DNA from: a virus
Lineage: Duplodnaviria; Caudoviricetes
IMG/VR virus record: IMGVR_UViG_3300035524_000057
Location: 1-46,706 of that record
DNA: 46,706 nt
Direction: 5' to 3' (one strand)
The translations under genes were made by a program, and so were the position numbers. Positions within the stretch are counted from its first letter, which is position 1, and the number at the start of each line of letters is the position of its first letter. The notes beneath the pieces were generated by a model. That model was not told the DNA's origin. It was given only the letters and a program-made list of their open reading frames with translations, and made no database searches. This document shows, in pieces, positions 1-9,700 of this stretch.

Positions 1-289
1 GGTGCTGCGGGAAATATGAGAGGAGCATCCCTCTCCGGAACATGGCATAGTGTTCACGCTTGAATGCCGCCACATCTACCTCAGGCAGTGTGAAGTCCTC
101 AGACTGCCTCTTGTCCGCAAGCCACGCTTGAAACCGTTCTTCGTCGTAGCTTTCTTCTTCGCCAAGCGTTGTGCGATATTCGTCCCGCAGTGTCTCACCT
201 TGCAAATATGACGTGATAAACAGGTCAAGCACCTTATCGGGCTTGCCTAGTTCTGCAACACGCCTTACATCGTCGAATGTTTTGAACAT
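1..289 (-). CDS. Partial hypothetical protein, possibly a tail-fibre-associated chaperone (runs off the window)
   Basis: Read manually: AGGAGA RBS, ATG at 289, MFKTFDDVRRVAELGKPDKVLDLFITSYLQG..., open to position 1; directly follows the 474-aa fibre gene. Confidence 0.7.
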   Translation of the reverse strand, partial: MFKTFDDVRRVAELGKPDKVLDLFITSYLQGETLRDEYRTTLGEEESYDEERFQAWLADKRQSEDFTLPEVDVAAFKREHYAMFRRGMLLSYFPQH

Positions 290-299
290 TATTATCTCC

Positions 300-1724
300 T
301 TAAACCGGTATTCCGGTGTCCCATCCGTAGGTACCGCACAGCACCACGTTGCCGTTGTCGTCGGTGGTGGTAACTACATTGTCCACAACAGGTATTTTAC
401 CGTCGTCGCCCCATGAACCTGCCACTGAGTCGTACACAAGCTCCTTGAACCACATTGCAACGCGCAAGGTGCCGCCGGACTCGTAGAGGCCGGAGAGGGC
501 CTTAACTGCTGGATTTGTCGAACCACTATTTGGCACAACCGCGACGTGGGAAAGGTTCCTGTTAAACAGATCCCCCCATACGTAACTGTTAACCTCGTAG
601 GTGCGTATCTTTGCCCACATTACGTTGATAGTACCACCAACGGGTACACCACCTATCAGCTCGGAGACGAGGTCCGCGCCTTGAAAGGGCGCATATCCAT
701 TCGCGTACCACACATCCCCCAACATTCTAACGTTAGTCGGGTTCGCAATCGGCCTCACCCGCCTTGCCTTGGTCTTGTACTCGACCTTGACGACAGAGTT
801 CGCTAGCATGTCGGCTTCGGAGGTGTAGCCGAGGGCGGCGTAGGAATCAGTAATATTAATATGGAAGATGTTCTTCATATTGTCCCCCGCCCATCCGTAC
901 TGAGTCGCGGTTACGTGTGCCCAGTCGCCTAATGAGAAGCTCTGATAATCTCCATCTGCACGACGAACGGAACAGTTTAGATTGTAGATATTATCAATAA
1001 ACTTACGTGACGCCTTTACACTTATTACATGGCTAGTAACACCTACATCCCCCAATAACTGCGACTGCCAGTTAGGACCGTCCCAGTGGCCAACGTTAAG
1101 CGTGGCGTAGGAGCCAACACCGCCTGTGATTGTGTTTACGCTTGCCGTGTCGGTCTTGTTGTTGCCGAGGAAGTACTCAACTACGTCAAGGTTGCCCGTC
1201 TGCTGGTCTGCTGGGTCGGATGACTCTTGGAAGACAAAGACGGGGTAGGTGTTGCCTGTGGTGAAGTCTGCGGTTACGTCGCCGTGCTTGGGGTGTAGTT
1301 GAATAGCTCTTACTGACGAATAATCACTGTTGGCAAAGGTGCCTTGATAGGGCGCGCCAGAGTCCCCAATCGTAAAGTGCTTATAGTCCGGATTTATGAG
1401 CTCGAAGTTCCCATAGTCTTTTAATACTTGCGTATTTTCATCCCTCAGCCTGGTGCCAAGGCTACCCACAATCGTCCCAATTGTAACCTCAGTGGGAGTA
1501 ACGGACCCCACAAAAACACACTTCCACCGCCCCTCAGTACCCTGCGCCTCGCCGGAAATGAGCTTGTTAGTCTCGGTGCGTAGGACGCTATCCAGGTCCT
1601 TTGCATATTTCGGTAGGACGAGCTCAGCCAGCTTGCCCTCCGCATCCAGCACAGGCACGCTGTCCGGGGCAGTCCCCACGTCCCGCAGAGCAGCAGTACC
1701 GTATCTGTTAATTTTCTTAGTCAT
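300..1724 (-). CDS. Putative second tail fibre / receptor-binding protein (474 aa)
   Basis: N-terminal GTAALRDVGTAPDSVPVLDAEGKL resembles a common fibre-shaft motif; body rich in G/S/T/N/V; sits at the end of the tail module; AAGGAG RBS. Confidence 0.6.
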   Translation of the reverse strand: MTKKINRYGTAALRDVGTAPDSVPVLDAEGKLAELVLPKYAKDLDSVLRTETNKLISGEAQGTEGRWKCVFVGSVTPTEVTIGTIVGSLGTRLRDENTQVLKDYGNFELINPDYKHFTIGDSGAPYQGTFANSDYSSVRAIQLHPKHGDVTADFTTGNTYPVFVFQESSDPADQQTGNLDVVEYFLGNNKTDTASVNTITGGVGSYATLNVGHWDGPNWQSQLLGDVGVTSHVISVKASRKFIDNIYNLNCSVRRADGDYQSFSLGDWAHVTATQYGWAGDNMKNIFHINITDSYAALGYTSEADMLANSVVKVEYKTKARRVRPIANPTNVRMLGDVWYANGYAPFQGADLVSELIGGVPVGGTINVMWAKIRTYEVNSYVWGDLFNRNLSHVAVVPNSGSTNPAVKALSGLYESGGTLRVAMWFKELVYDSVAGSWGDDGKIPVVDNVVTTTDDNGNVVLCGTYGWDTGIPV

Positions 1725-1738
1725 ATTCTCTCCTTACC

Positions 1739-2038
1739 TTATACCCACACCCTCGCCGGGGTAGCCGGGGTTTCGATCTCGTAGGACTCAAGACCAACCG
1801 GGATGTCTCCGCGCAGGTTCACATGCCAGCCCTCCACGAAGGTCGCTTCTGTAGTGATGTTACCGTCCTCATTCATGACTGCGGGAGTGTCCACAATCAG
1901 ACCCACAACGTCGATGGTAGTTCCGTTGTGATAGAAGGGCACGAACTCGTTTCCCACTTCATCAACGGCCAGCAAACCAGCAGAGCGCATAGCCTCAAGC
2001 ATGGCCGTTTCGCTGTCGAACTTCAGATATTTATCCAT
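1739..2038 (-). CDS. Small acidic tail-fibre-associated protein (99 aa)
   Basis: IDVVG...GWHVNLR...PARVW pattern typical of short genes that follow fibre/spike genes; GGAGG RBS. Confidence 0.65.
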   Translation of the reverse strand: MDKYLKFDSETAMLEAMRSAGLLAVDEVGNEFVPFYHNGTTIDVVGLIVDTPAVMNEDGNITTEATFVEGWHVNLRGDIPVGLESYEIETPATPARVWV

Positions 2039-2046
2039 GATTCCTC

Positions 2047-3720
2047 CTAGTTGGTTAGGGCTTGCAGCGCAGTGTTAGTCAAGCGGCGCGGGAAGTAAGT
2101 AATGTGCCTGATGTGCCCGTTCCAGAAGCCTACCGTTCCCGTGGAGCCAATATACAAGGCCGTTATCCCCTGTGGGATGGCCCCAGAAGAGTACGTGCCA
2201 ACATCACCGCCATTGAAGCAGGTCGCAAAACCGTCTTCCGCCCAGGAGAAAGCACAACGGAATATGTCGTCACCCATGCCCGACAGGGTAATATCCCCCA
2301 CTACCACGCCCGCCGCGCGCGCAAACAACCTACCATCACCATACGAGTTGATATTTAGCCAAATGCGATTGTCGTTGGTGCCATCGTCAAGCCGGGCGGC
2401 TACGGGCCGGTTTGCCCAGGCCGACGTTTCGGCCTCAACGTAGATGGCCCCCTCGTTCACACTGAACGGGAATGTACTCGTCGCCACAGACAGAACATCA
2501 GCCGCCCGTGTGGCGGCGGCAGTGGTGGTTGGGATAAACGAAGTTGCGAAACTACCGGCTTCGATTTGCGCGTACTTGACATCTCCAGTCACCGTACAAG
2601 TCAGCGTTCCGGCAGACGGAGTGAAGGTCAGGGTCACTCGGTCCGGGTATGTCCCCGTGCCAGAGAGCGTTGCAGAATGCGATCCACTGAACACAATGGA
2701 CCCAGAACCGTAAAAACTGACTGTGTACGGCTGTGCAGAGACGATAACGTTTTGCGTGGATAGGTTTGTCCCGTCAGCCAGGGCGTTCAAAAACAGGTTC
2801 GTCCGCTGCTCCTCGATCAAAATCCCCTTGTATTCACCAGTCACCGGGTCGTAGTCGTGGCGCAACGCATTATTGTTGGCGGTCTGGATCACTCCCAAAG
2901 AATCGACGTAACTGGCAGAACTCGGCCGTACGAAGTCGAGGCGCGGATGGCAGCCGTTCTCTTCCGCTTCCCAATCCTCCGGGAAAAGTTCAAGCGTTGG
3001 GGGAGTAGTGATACCGGGGATATCGAGAAGCGCAAAACCACCTAGCCGACGAGCGGTGCCCTGAGCCCGGTCCAGGGCGTCTTGCAGTCCTGTAATGGCG
3101 ACAATGGGATGCGCGTCCGATACGTCCCGGTTGGTAAGGTTGTTGTGAGGTCCTTCAGCGATGTGCTCTGCCTCATCTCTCGCGTTTTCCGCAGCGGCCT
3201 GGGCAGAGAGGGCCGCGTCCCGGGCGGCCACGGCTGTGGAGGCGGATCCTGACGCTTCGGCCAGGTAGATTTGCATTTCAGCCGAGAGATCGGCGACATT
3301 GACATACTTAGGTGACGGGGTTTCTGGGCTGTATATCATTGCCCGGTCAAGTTGTTCCTGAAGCTGCTGGGCAAAAAGCGTGATCCTGTCGCCCATTCGC
3401 TCGATCACTTCCGGGTAAAAGGCTGTCAGATTTTGCAGATCCGTTTCTTGTTTTAACTCCGCATCAAGATAAATCGTCAGGTACTCGCCCGTACCAGCTC
3501 GATAGTTAGCATTGGTCACGGTCACGGTCCCGTTTTCACCGTCGCCGCCGGTCACGGTGTAATCGGTATCGAGCTTCAACGTGGCCACTGTGCCATTGGT
3601 GGCAGTATGCTTCACTACCAGGTCGTCAGCCTCCAGGAATTGGAACGTGACCGGGTACTCTGAAGTCGGAACCGCCGTCCCGACGTACTGTTTTCTTGTT
3701 GTCTGTGAAGTGATGGTCAT
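2047..3720 (-). CDS. Tail fibre/spike: T7 gp17-like N-terminal anchor plus LamG/concanavalin-like C-terminal region (557 aa)
   Basis: N-terminus YPVTFQF..DDLVV...LDTDYTVTG...QETDLQN; then LDFVRPSSASYVD...GILIEEQRTNL, AQIEAGSFATSFIPT..A.TRAAD and GHIRHITYFPRRL. Confidence 0.8.
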   Translation of the reverse strand: MTITSQTTRKQYVGTAVPTSEYPVTFQFLEADDLVVKHTATNGTVATLKLDTDYTVTGGDGENGTVTVTNANYRAGTGEYLTIYLDAELKQETDLQNLTAFYPEVIERMGDRITLFAQQLQEQLDRAMIYSPETPSPKYVNVADLSAEMQIYLAEASGSASTAVAARDAALSAQAAAENARDEAEHIAEGPHNNLTNRDVSDAHPIVAITGLQDALDRAQGTARRLGGFALLDIPGITTPPTLELFPEDWEAEENGCHPRLDFVRPSSASYVDSLGVIQTANNNALRHDYDPVTGEYKGILIEEQRTNLFLNALADGTNLSTQNVIVSAQPYTVSFYGSGSIVFSGSHSATLSGTGTYPDRVTLTFTPSAGTLTCTVTGDVKYAQIEAGSFATSFIPTTTAAATRAADVLSVATSTFPFSVNEGAIYVEAETSAWANRPVAARLDDGTNDNRIWLNINSYGDGRLFARAAGVVVGDITLSGMGDDIFRCAFSWAEDGFATCFNGGDVGTYSSGAIPQGITALYIGSTGTVGFWNGHIRHITYFPRRLTNTALQALTN

Positions 3721-3723
3721 TCG

Positions 3724-6700
3724 CTAGTCCTCCCACCGTTTGCGGTAAGCAAGGTCTTTCATTTCAAAGTCCGGGTCATCTTGTATGGCGCGCCAAGCCG
3801 CTTCCCCGGTAATCCACGCTTGGTCCGTAGGCAGCCTGAGTAGCATCCCGGCAACGTCCAAGGCCTTTTTTGCCGCCATTCCGTACTCGCCCTCTTCAAC
3901 AACATCTTCATAGCCGTGCTTGAGCAACCAAATGGCTGATTTGAGGCCGCTTTCAACGGGTGTGATGGAATAGTCGTAAGGAGTCACGACGGCGTTCCCG
4001 ACGTCGCGGACATACGGGAACATCCCTAGCAGGAACAGCGCTGAGTTTTGCGCGGCCCAACCGGTCCACGTTTCATCTTGGTCCTCATCCGGCGGACGTC
4101 CAGAAAGCAATTCCGCGACAGAAGGCCCAAGCACGGCAAGCAATGTTGCCGTCCACGCGAATTCTGCGAAGTGGACTTTCCTCCCGCGTAGCGGCTTGCC
4201 TATCATGTTGTAAGCGGTGGAAAGGAATGAATAGAACATGGTCGCCATCTTCACGAACTCGGAATGTGATCGCTGGATTTTTGAACGGTCTTTCATTTCG
4301 CCGCCGCCCTGACTCATGCGAACAACGCTGTCCGCATACCGAGCGGCCCGTTCATGGTCCCCGCTTTTTTCCATCTCTGCGTCGAACGCCGCGCCCCATG
4401 TTGCCACGTCCACCGTATATTTCTGGGCTACGCCGATGAGTCGCAAGAAGACGTCTCCAGCTTTATCCAAAGCCTTTTTGCGCATGGAAAGGGAAGAAAA
4501 CACGTCTGTTGTCTCCCGGCTCACGTTGGCTATCCTGTCGCGCATAAACGCTGAATTCGCGTCCGCAAACCGTGCCATCGAGAGAAACTTGTCAGGCCTG
4601 CTATAGACCTTGAGCAGTCTCCACCAATCCTTTTTAAGCACCGCCGCAGATTGCAACACACCAGCAGCTTGCTGCATCCCAACCGACACTTTGGCAAGTC
4701 TGGCAACCGTGGTCCCGATTCGCAAATGCCGGAAAAGCCGTTCCCAGGAGTTTACAGGTTCCGGCGGCACGTTGGCGATGTCCTTTGCCCATGGGACGAG
4801 CTGATCGGCAAGTTCTTTCCCTAAATACGTCTCCGCAGCCGAGATGAACTCTTTGTCCCGCAAAACCTTGCCCATTTGTACGACGCGCTCACGGTGCGTC
4901 AGGTCGTGGGTCACGCCAAGCAGGTGCTTGGCAATGTCCCCAAGGTCGGTGGAAAGGGGCTGGCTCCCGGCGCTTTGGGCGCGCTCCTTGAGGTGTCCGT
5001 GTTTGGTCATGATGTGCGTCGGACTTTTGCCAAAGAGCTTTGCCTTTTCCAGATCCAGCCGGGCCTGCTGACGGGAGCTGTCATTGTGCGATATGATTAC
5101 GGGGAAATATCCCCCGCGGTATACGCCGTGCGGGGTGCGCACTTCACGGGCCTCAACCTTTGTTGGTCTGCGCCCGGTGAGCCTCTCTTCCAGGTCAAAA
5201 GCAGGGCCGCCGTAAGTGTCGATGTAGTCCCAAATAGCCTGGACAAAATCCCAATCGCGCTTGCCAAGCTTGGAAACCACAGCCTGCATTTGCGCGTCCG
5301 ACCACCCGTCGCCATCACGCCTGCGCGTGTAGTTGCCCTCGTTGCCAAAGTCCAAGGCAATCCGCACGATTTGCCCATGCGTGAACGTCTTCCCAACCTC
5401 GCGGACGCGGATTCTCTTTTGCAGCAGCCCCCCCTGCTCACGCGTGGAATAATGGGAGTCAAGAAGGTTCTTCAGGTCTTTGCTGATTCGGGCCAGCATC
5501 GTGTTTTTATCACTCGCGGCGTCGTCTGCCGGGCGATAAAACGTATCAAACCAAACCCCCATGTCATCGCCGTCAATTACGCGCAACAAGTGCTCAATTT
5601 TCACCATTTCAGCGTCCATCGACCGCAGCCAACGGAGCGTTTTCGCCGCCTTGCTGTACTGTTCCCGGAATCTGTCCCGATCTTTCGGGGCATACGTCTT
5701 CTTCAGCTGCTCGACCAACTCACCCACAACTTTCTTGACTGCTTTTCGTTCGCCGTTGATAAGGACAGTGCGTTCTTCGCGGTCCACCGTCTCAATCTGC
5801 TTGCGCGCGTCCATTACGCTTCGGAATTGGTTGACAGTCAGGTCTTTATAATCACCCAGGTTCGAACGGTCCGACACGATGTCGGCAAAGGCAACAGGGT
5901 AGCCATTCTCGGCAGCCTCAGCGGCCCAAGCGGAAAAGTTCGTGCTTCGGCCTCCAACCTGTTCGCCGCTTGCGTCAAATTGTGCTTGGCCCTCAATGAA
6001 CTTATTCCACTTCTTGATGGTCTGCTCGATGGTTTCCCCGGCACGACGCTTGAACCCAAAGCGGTAAGCAAGATCAAGCAGAAGGTCGCGCTGGGCCTGA
6101 CGCATGGTCTTGTGCTTTACCGCGCGGAGCATGGCACGACGTCCGCTTTCTATTTCCTCGCGCACCCTGCGGGCTTCGGCGGCCATCTCAAAATTCAACC
6201 GCGCCTTATGACCTGCTCTAGCAGCCGCCCCCCAATCGCCCTTTTTGATTGCAAGCCTTTCCTCTCGCGTGGATCGCTTAACTGCGGACATGAACAGATC
6301 AACTCTGGTAGCATCACGCACAGACATTTGTTCCACGGCCCGCCTTGCCTGCGCCTTAAACGCACTTCGGGCAACGGCCTTCCGGCTCTTCGGGTCAGCC
6401 TGCATGATCTGACCTTTGGACTGGACGTAGTTCGCCAGTACCCCAAGATAGTCAGCGTAGCCGTCCGTCTGAACAAGAAAGTCTTCCGCTTTGAGCGACT
6501 GTTCAAACTCAGCTTGCAATTCAGCAACACGGGCTTTTACGGCCTTCTGGAAGGGGAGGTAGTTTTCCAGGGCGGAAAGAAAGTCTTCCATGGAGGCAAA
6601 CCCGGCTTCCACCGCAGCCTCTTCAGGGGACATTCCCCCCTCCTTGAAGAGCTTCTTCCCGCGCGGGGGTTTGTTCCCTGAAGATTTGGGGCGTGGTTTT

Positions 6701-9700
6701 ACGCCGTGCGTTTCCGCGATTTCTTTACGCGAGGCCGAGCCAAGCAGGTAATCAACGATGTCGTCAGTGTCGCCGAGATATCCGTTCTGCTCTGCCCAAT
6801 CCGCCAGCTCGTCAATGTGGTACTGGGAATCCTTCGCAAAGAAGCCGGGGCCAAACTTGCGCATGAGTTCCCGCGTTGCCCACGTGCCATACGCGTTCGT
6901 CACGGACGTCGCAGAAAGCACCCGACGGGCGCGGCGCACCACCGGGGATTCAAAATCTTCAATATAGAGATGGCTTAACGCGTCTTCACGCAGAATTTCC
7001 AGATGTTCGGCGGACAGCCCAGCCTGTTCCTGGGCAACATCATTTTCCAACCGCTCTATGAACAGGTTGAATTCTTCATGGCCGATGTTTAGTTCTTCCC
7101 AGATTCCTCCGAACGGGACTTCGGCGTGGGCGTCAAGGATTCCGATGTCGACTGTCCCATCGTCTCTGGACGCAAACTCTCGGATTTTTGCTTCAATTTC
7201 CGCATCTCGTCGCGCAGATTCAGTAATTGTGCCGCGCGAATAATCTGTTCCCTGGTTGGGGGACTGTACTTGTCCTCGCTCATTTTTAGGCTCCTGCTGC
7301 TTTTTCTTTTCCCCAAACCGCCCACGGATGGCCTCAACGGTCTCCTCTCCCCATGTCCAGGCCGCGACATCAGGGTCAATACCTCTCCCGGCCACAATCT
7401 TGTCCATGGCAGTATGGACGCCCTTTGCCGCAATCTCTTCTTCCGCTTGCCGCTTCCAGTTCTCACGGTTCCCGCGAACGCCTTTTTTTCTGGCAGAGAG
7501 CAAAGCGGCCTCTGCCTTCTCCTGTGCATCGCCCATAATGCGCGAAAGATATTCCTGATCCTCCACGGAGATGCCGAGGCTGTCCATTTCCGCCTTTGTC
7601 ATAGGGGACAGCCCCACCATGTCAGCAGCAAGCTCAACATTCGATTCAGCAACCAACAGGCGGTCAAACACGCCGCGAACCTCAGGCGTAAGTTTCGCGT
7701 CAAGCTGTGATATGTGCTTGTAGATCTGCTTCAGCCAACGCTTAAAGCGGGCAAACGCCCCCATTAGTTCAGGCGTAGGGGCTTTGCCTTCCATGAGGTA
7801 GGTTTCAAAACCTCTTGCAAACTTCTCATGCTTGGCGATCTGCCGCGCACGCTCCCTCTCCGCTTCTGTCAACGCGTCAAACGTCCTGCCGCCAAAATGC
7901 GATTGAACGTACTTGCTATACGACTTGGCCAGAGCTTCGTCACTATCGAGATCAGAAAGCCACTTGCGGGCAACAAGATAATCCTCTTGCAGGGCTTGAT
8001 TCGCATAGCCTCCGTCCACAAGCCTGCCCATTTCTTCAAAAAAGACGTGCGCCATTTCGTGGAACGGTGTGGAGGCGTCCGCGTTCTCAAACAGGTTCAC
8101 GATATACCCGTCAGATCGAATTTGCGTTGCGCCCTTGGCCCCCTGGTAAAAGATCCTCTCATCGTACGGGTCAAACGTCCCCAGGTTGTAAACGGACTTG
8201 ATTTGTGTGGGGTCGAAAACGGCATATGTTTTGTGTTGGCCTTCGTCGCGGGTGTTATCAACAAAGACAACACTGTCGTATCCCTCTTCGCGCGCCCAAT
8301 TAATGAAATCGGACATCATCCCGTCTGCGTAGTTCCCGGCGGCCTCTAGAAACGTTTCCCACAAAGACCCATCAACAAGACCGCCATTCTCCTCCAGGAC
8401 CGAGGGGAGGTTCCCGCCGCAGTAACCTTCTGCGAATTCTTCAATATCTTCTGCGCTGTTAACATATAGCGGGTCTTCAGCCTGGAGATACACTTTAAAA
8501 ATACTGTCTCTTCCATCTCCATATTCAAGGGCAGCGTCTATGTCCGGGGTGAAAAACGTTGCTTCAGATTGAATACTATCAGTTCCCTCATTTGCTCCAG
8601 GTGTGAACACAAACTCTTTGTCACTTGTGTCTCCCATTTGCGTCCCGTGGTACACCACCAGCGGCTTGCCTTCCGCATCCACCACCTGGGAATCGCCGAA
8701 CCACCGTTTGAACTCCGGCGTGTCGATTTTGGCCTCGCCGGTCTCCTGGTTGTAGGTCACCCCGTCCACGTCCTGCCCCGCCACGATGTTGCGCGGCTGG
8801 TTGAACTGTACGCGGGCCATCAACTCAGACGCGCTCACGCCGTCCGAACGCATGGCAAGGGAGGTTACGGCCCTGGCAAGCGTCTGTGCCGCCTCTCGGG
8901 CCACCTGGGGGCTTGCCCCAACCTGTATGGCCTCAGCCTCAATTCTTTGCTGCTGCGCCGTGAATTCGGACTGTTCCGAAGCGTAGGCGTCGAACCGCTC
9001 TTGCAGCTCCCCGGCCTCCATGGCCATGCCTTCGCGCACCTGCCGGACAGAGTGTGCGCCGGGGGACGGCTTGATCGAATCAAAAAGCTGTTCCTTTACT
9101 TCGGTCGAAAGCCGCGTGTGGAACGCGCCCAGGTCCACGCGGATATCGCGCCCCTGCTCCGCGTCCTGCACCACCTTGACGGCTTCAACCCCGAGCGTCC
9201 GGGCAAACTCTTCAACAACTCCGGGTGCGCTTTGGTTCAGCTCCAGGATGGTTTCGCCTTCAATAAACGCATCCTGCTTGCCAAGCCCCATGTGCTCGTC
9301 CAGGAAACGTTCCATCAACGCGGGGTCACGCTCAATCAACCGTTGGCCGTTGGTGTCCACGGCCTCGGAAAGCTGTCGCTGGGCGTCGGCAAAGCTAGCT
9401 GAAGCTGCGTTATCGGTAGTTTCGTGCGCACGGCGCTGGATGCTTGTAACCAGACTCGGGCCAGACCCACCCAGAAAACCCCCAACAAAAGATTCCAGAT
9501 TGCGAAGGGAGCCGACGACTTCAGCGTGCAATTCGTCATCCCGCAACCCACGGGCAAGACCACTGAAAAGGGCTTGGTACGGCTCTTCGGCGTATTCCGT
9601 CAGCCCCTCTGAGGTCGCCCCGAGAAGCCCCCGCGCCGCACGCCCGGCAAACGTCCTGGCTCCCTTTCCGCCAAGAACCCCATCAAGGCCCAGCTTGTTG

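Noticed and set aside
1-3720. Diversity-generating retroelement, expected from the BPP-1-like virion genes
   Set aside because: No reverse transcriptase, Avd-like gene or template/variable repeat pair seen. It cannot be excluded left of the window.
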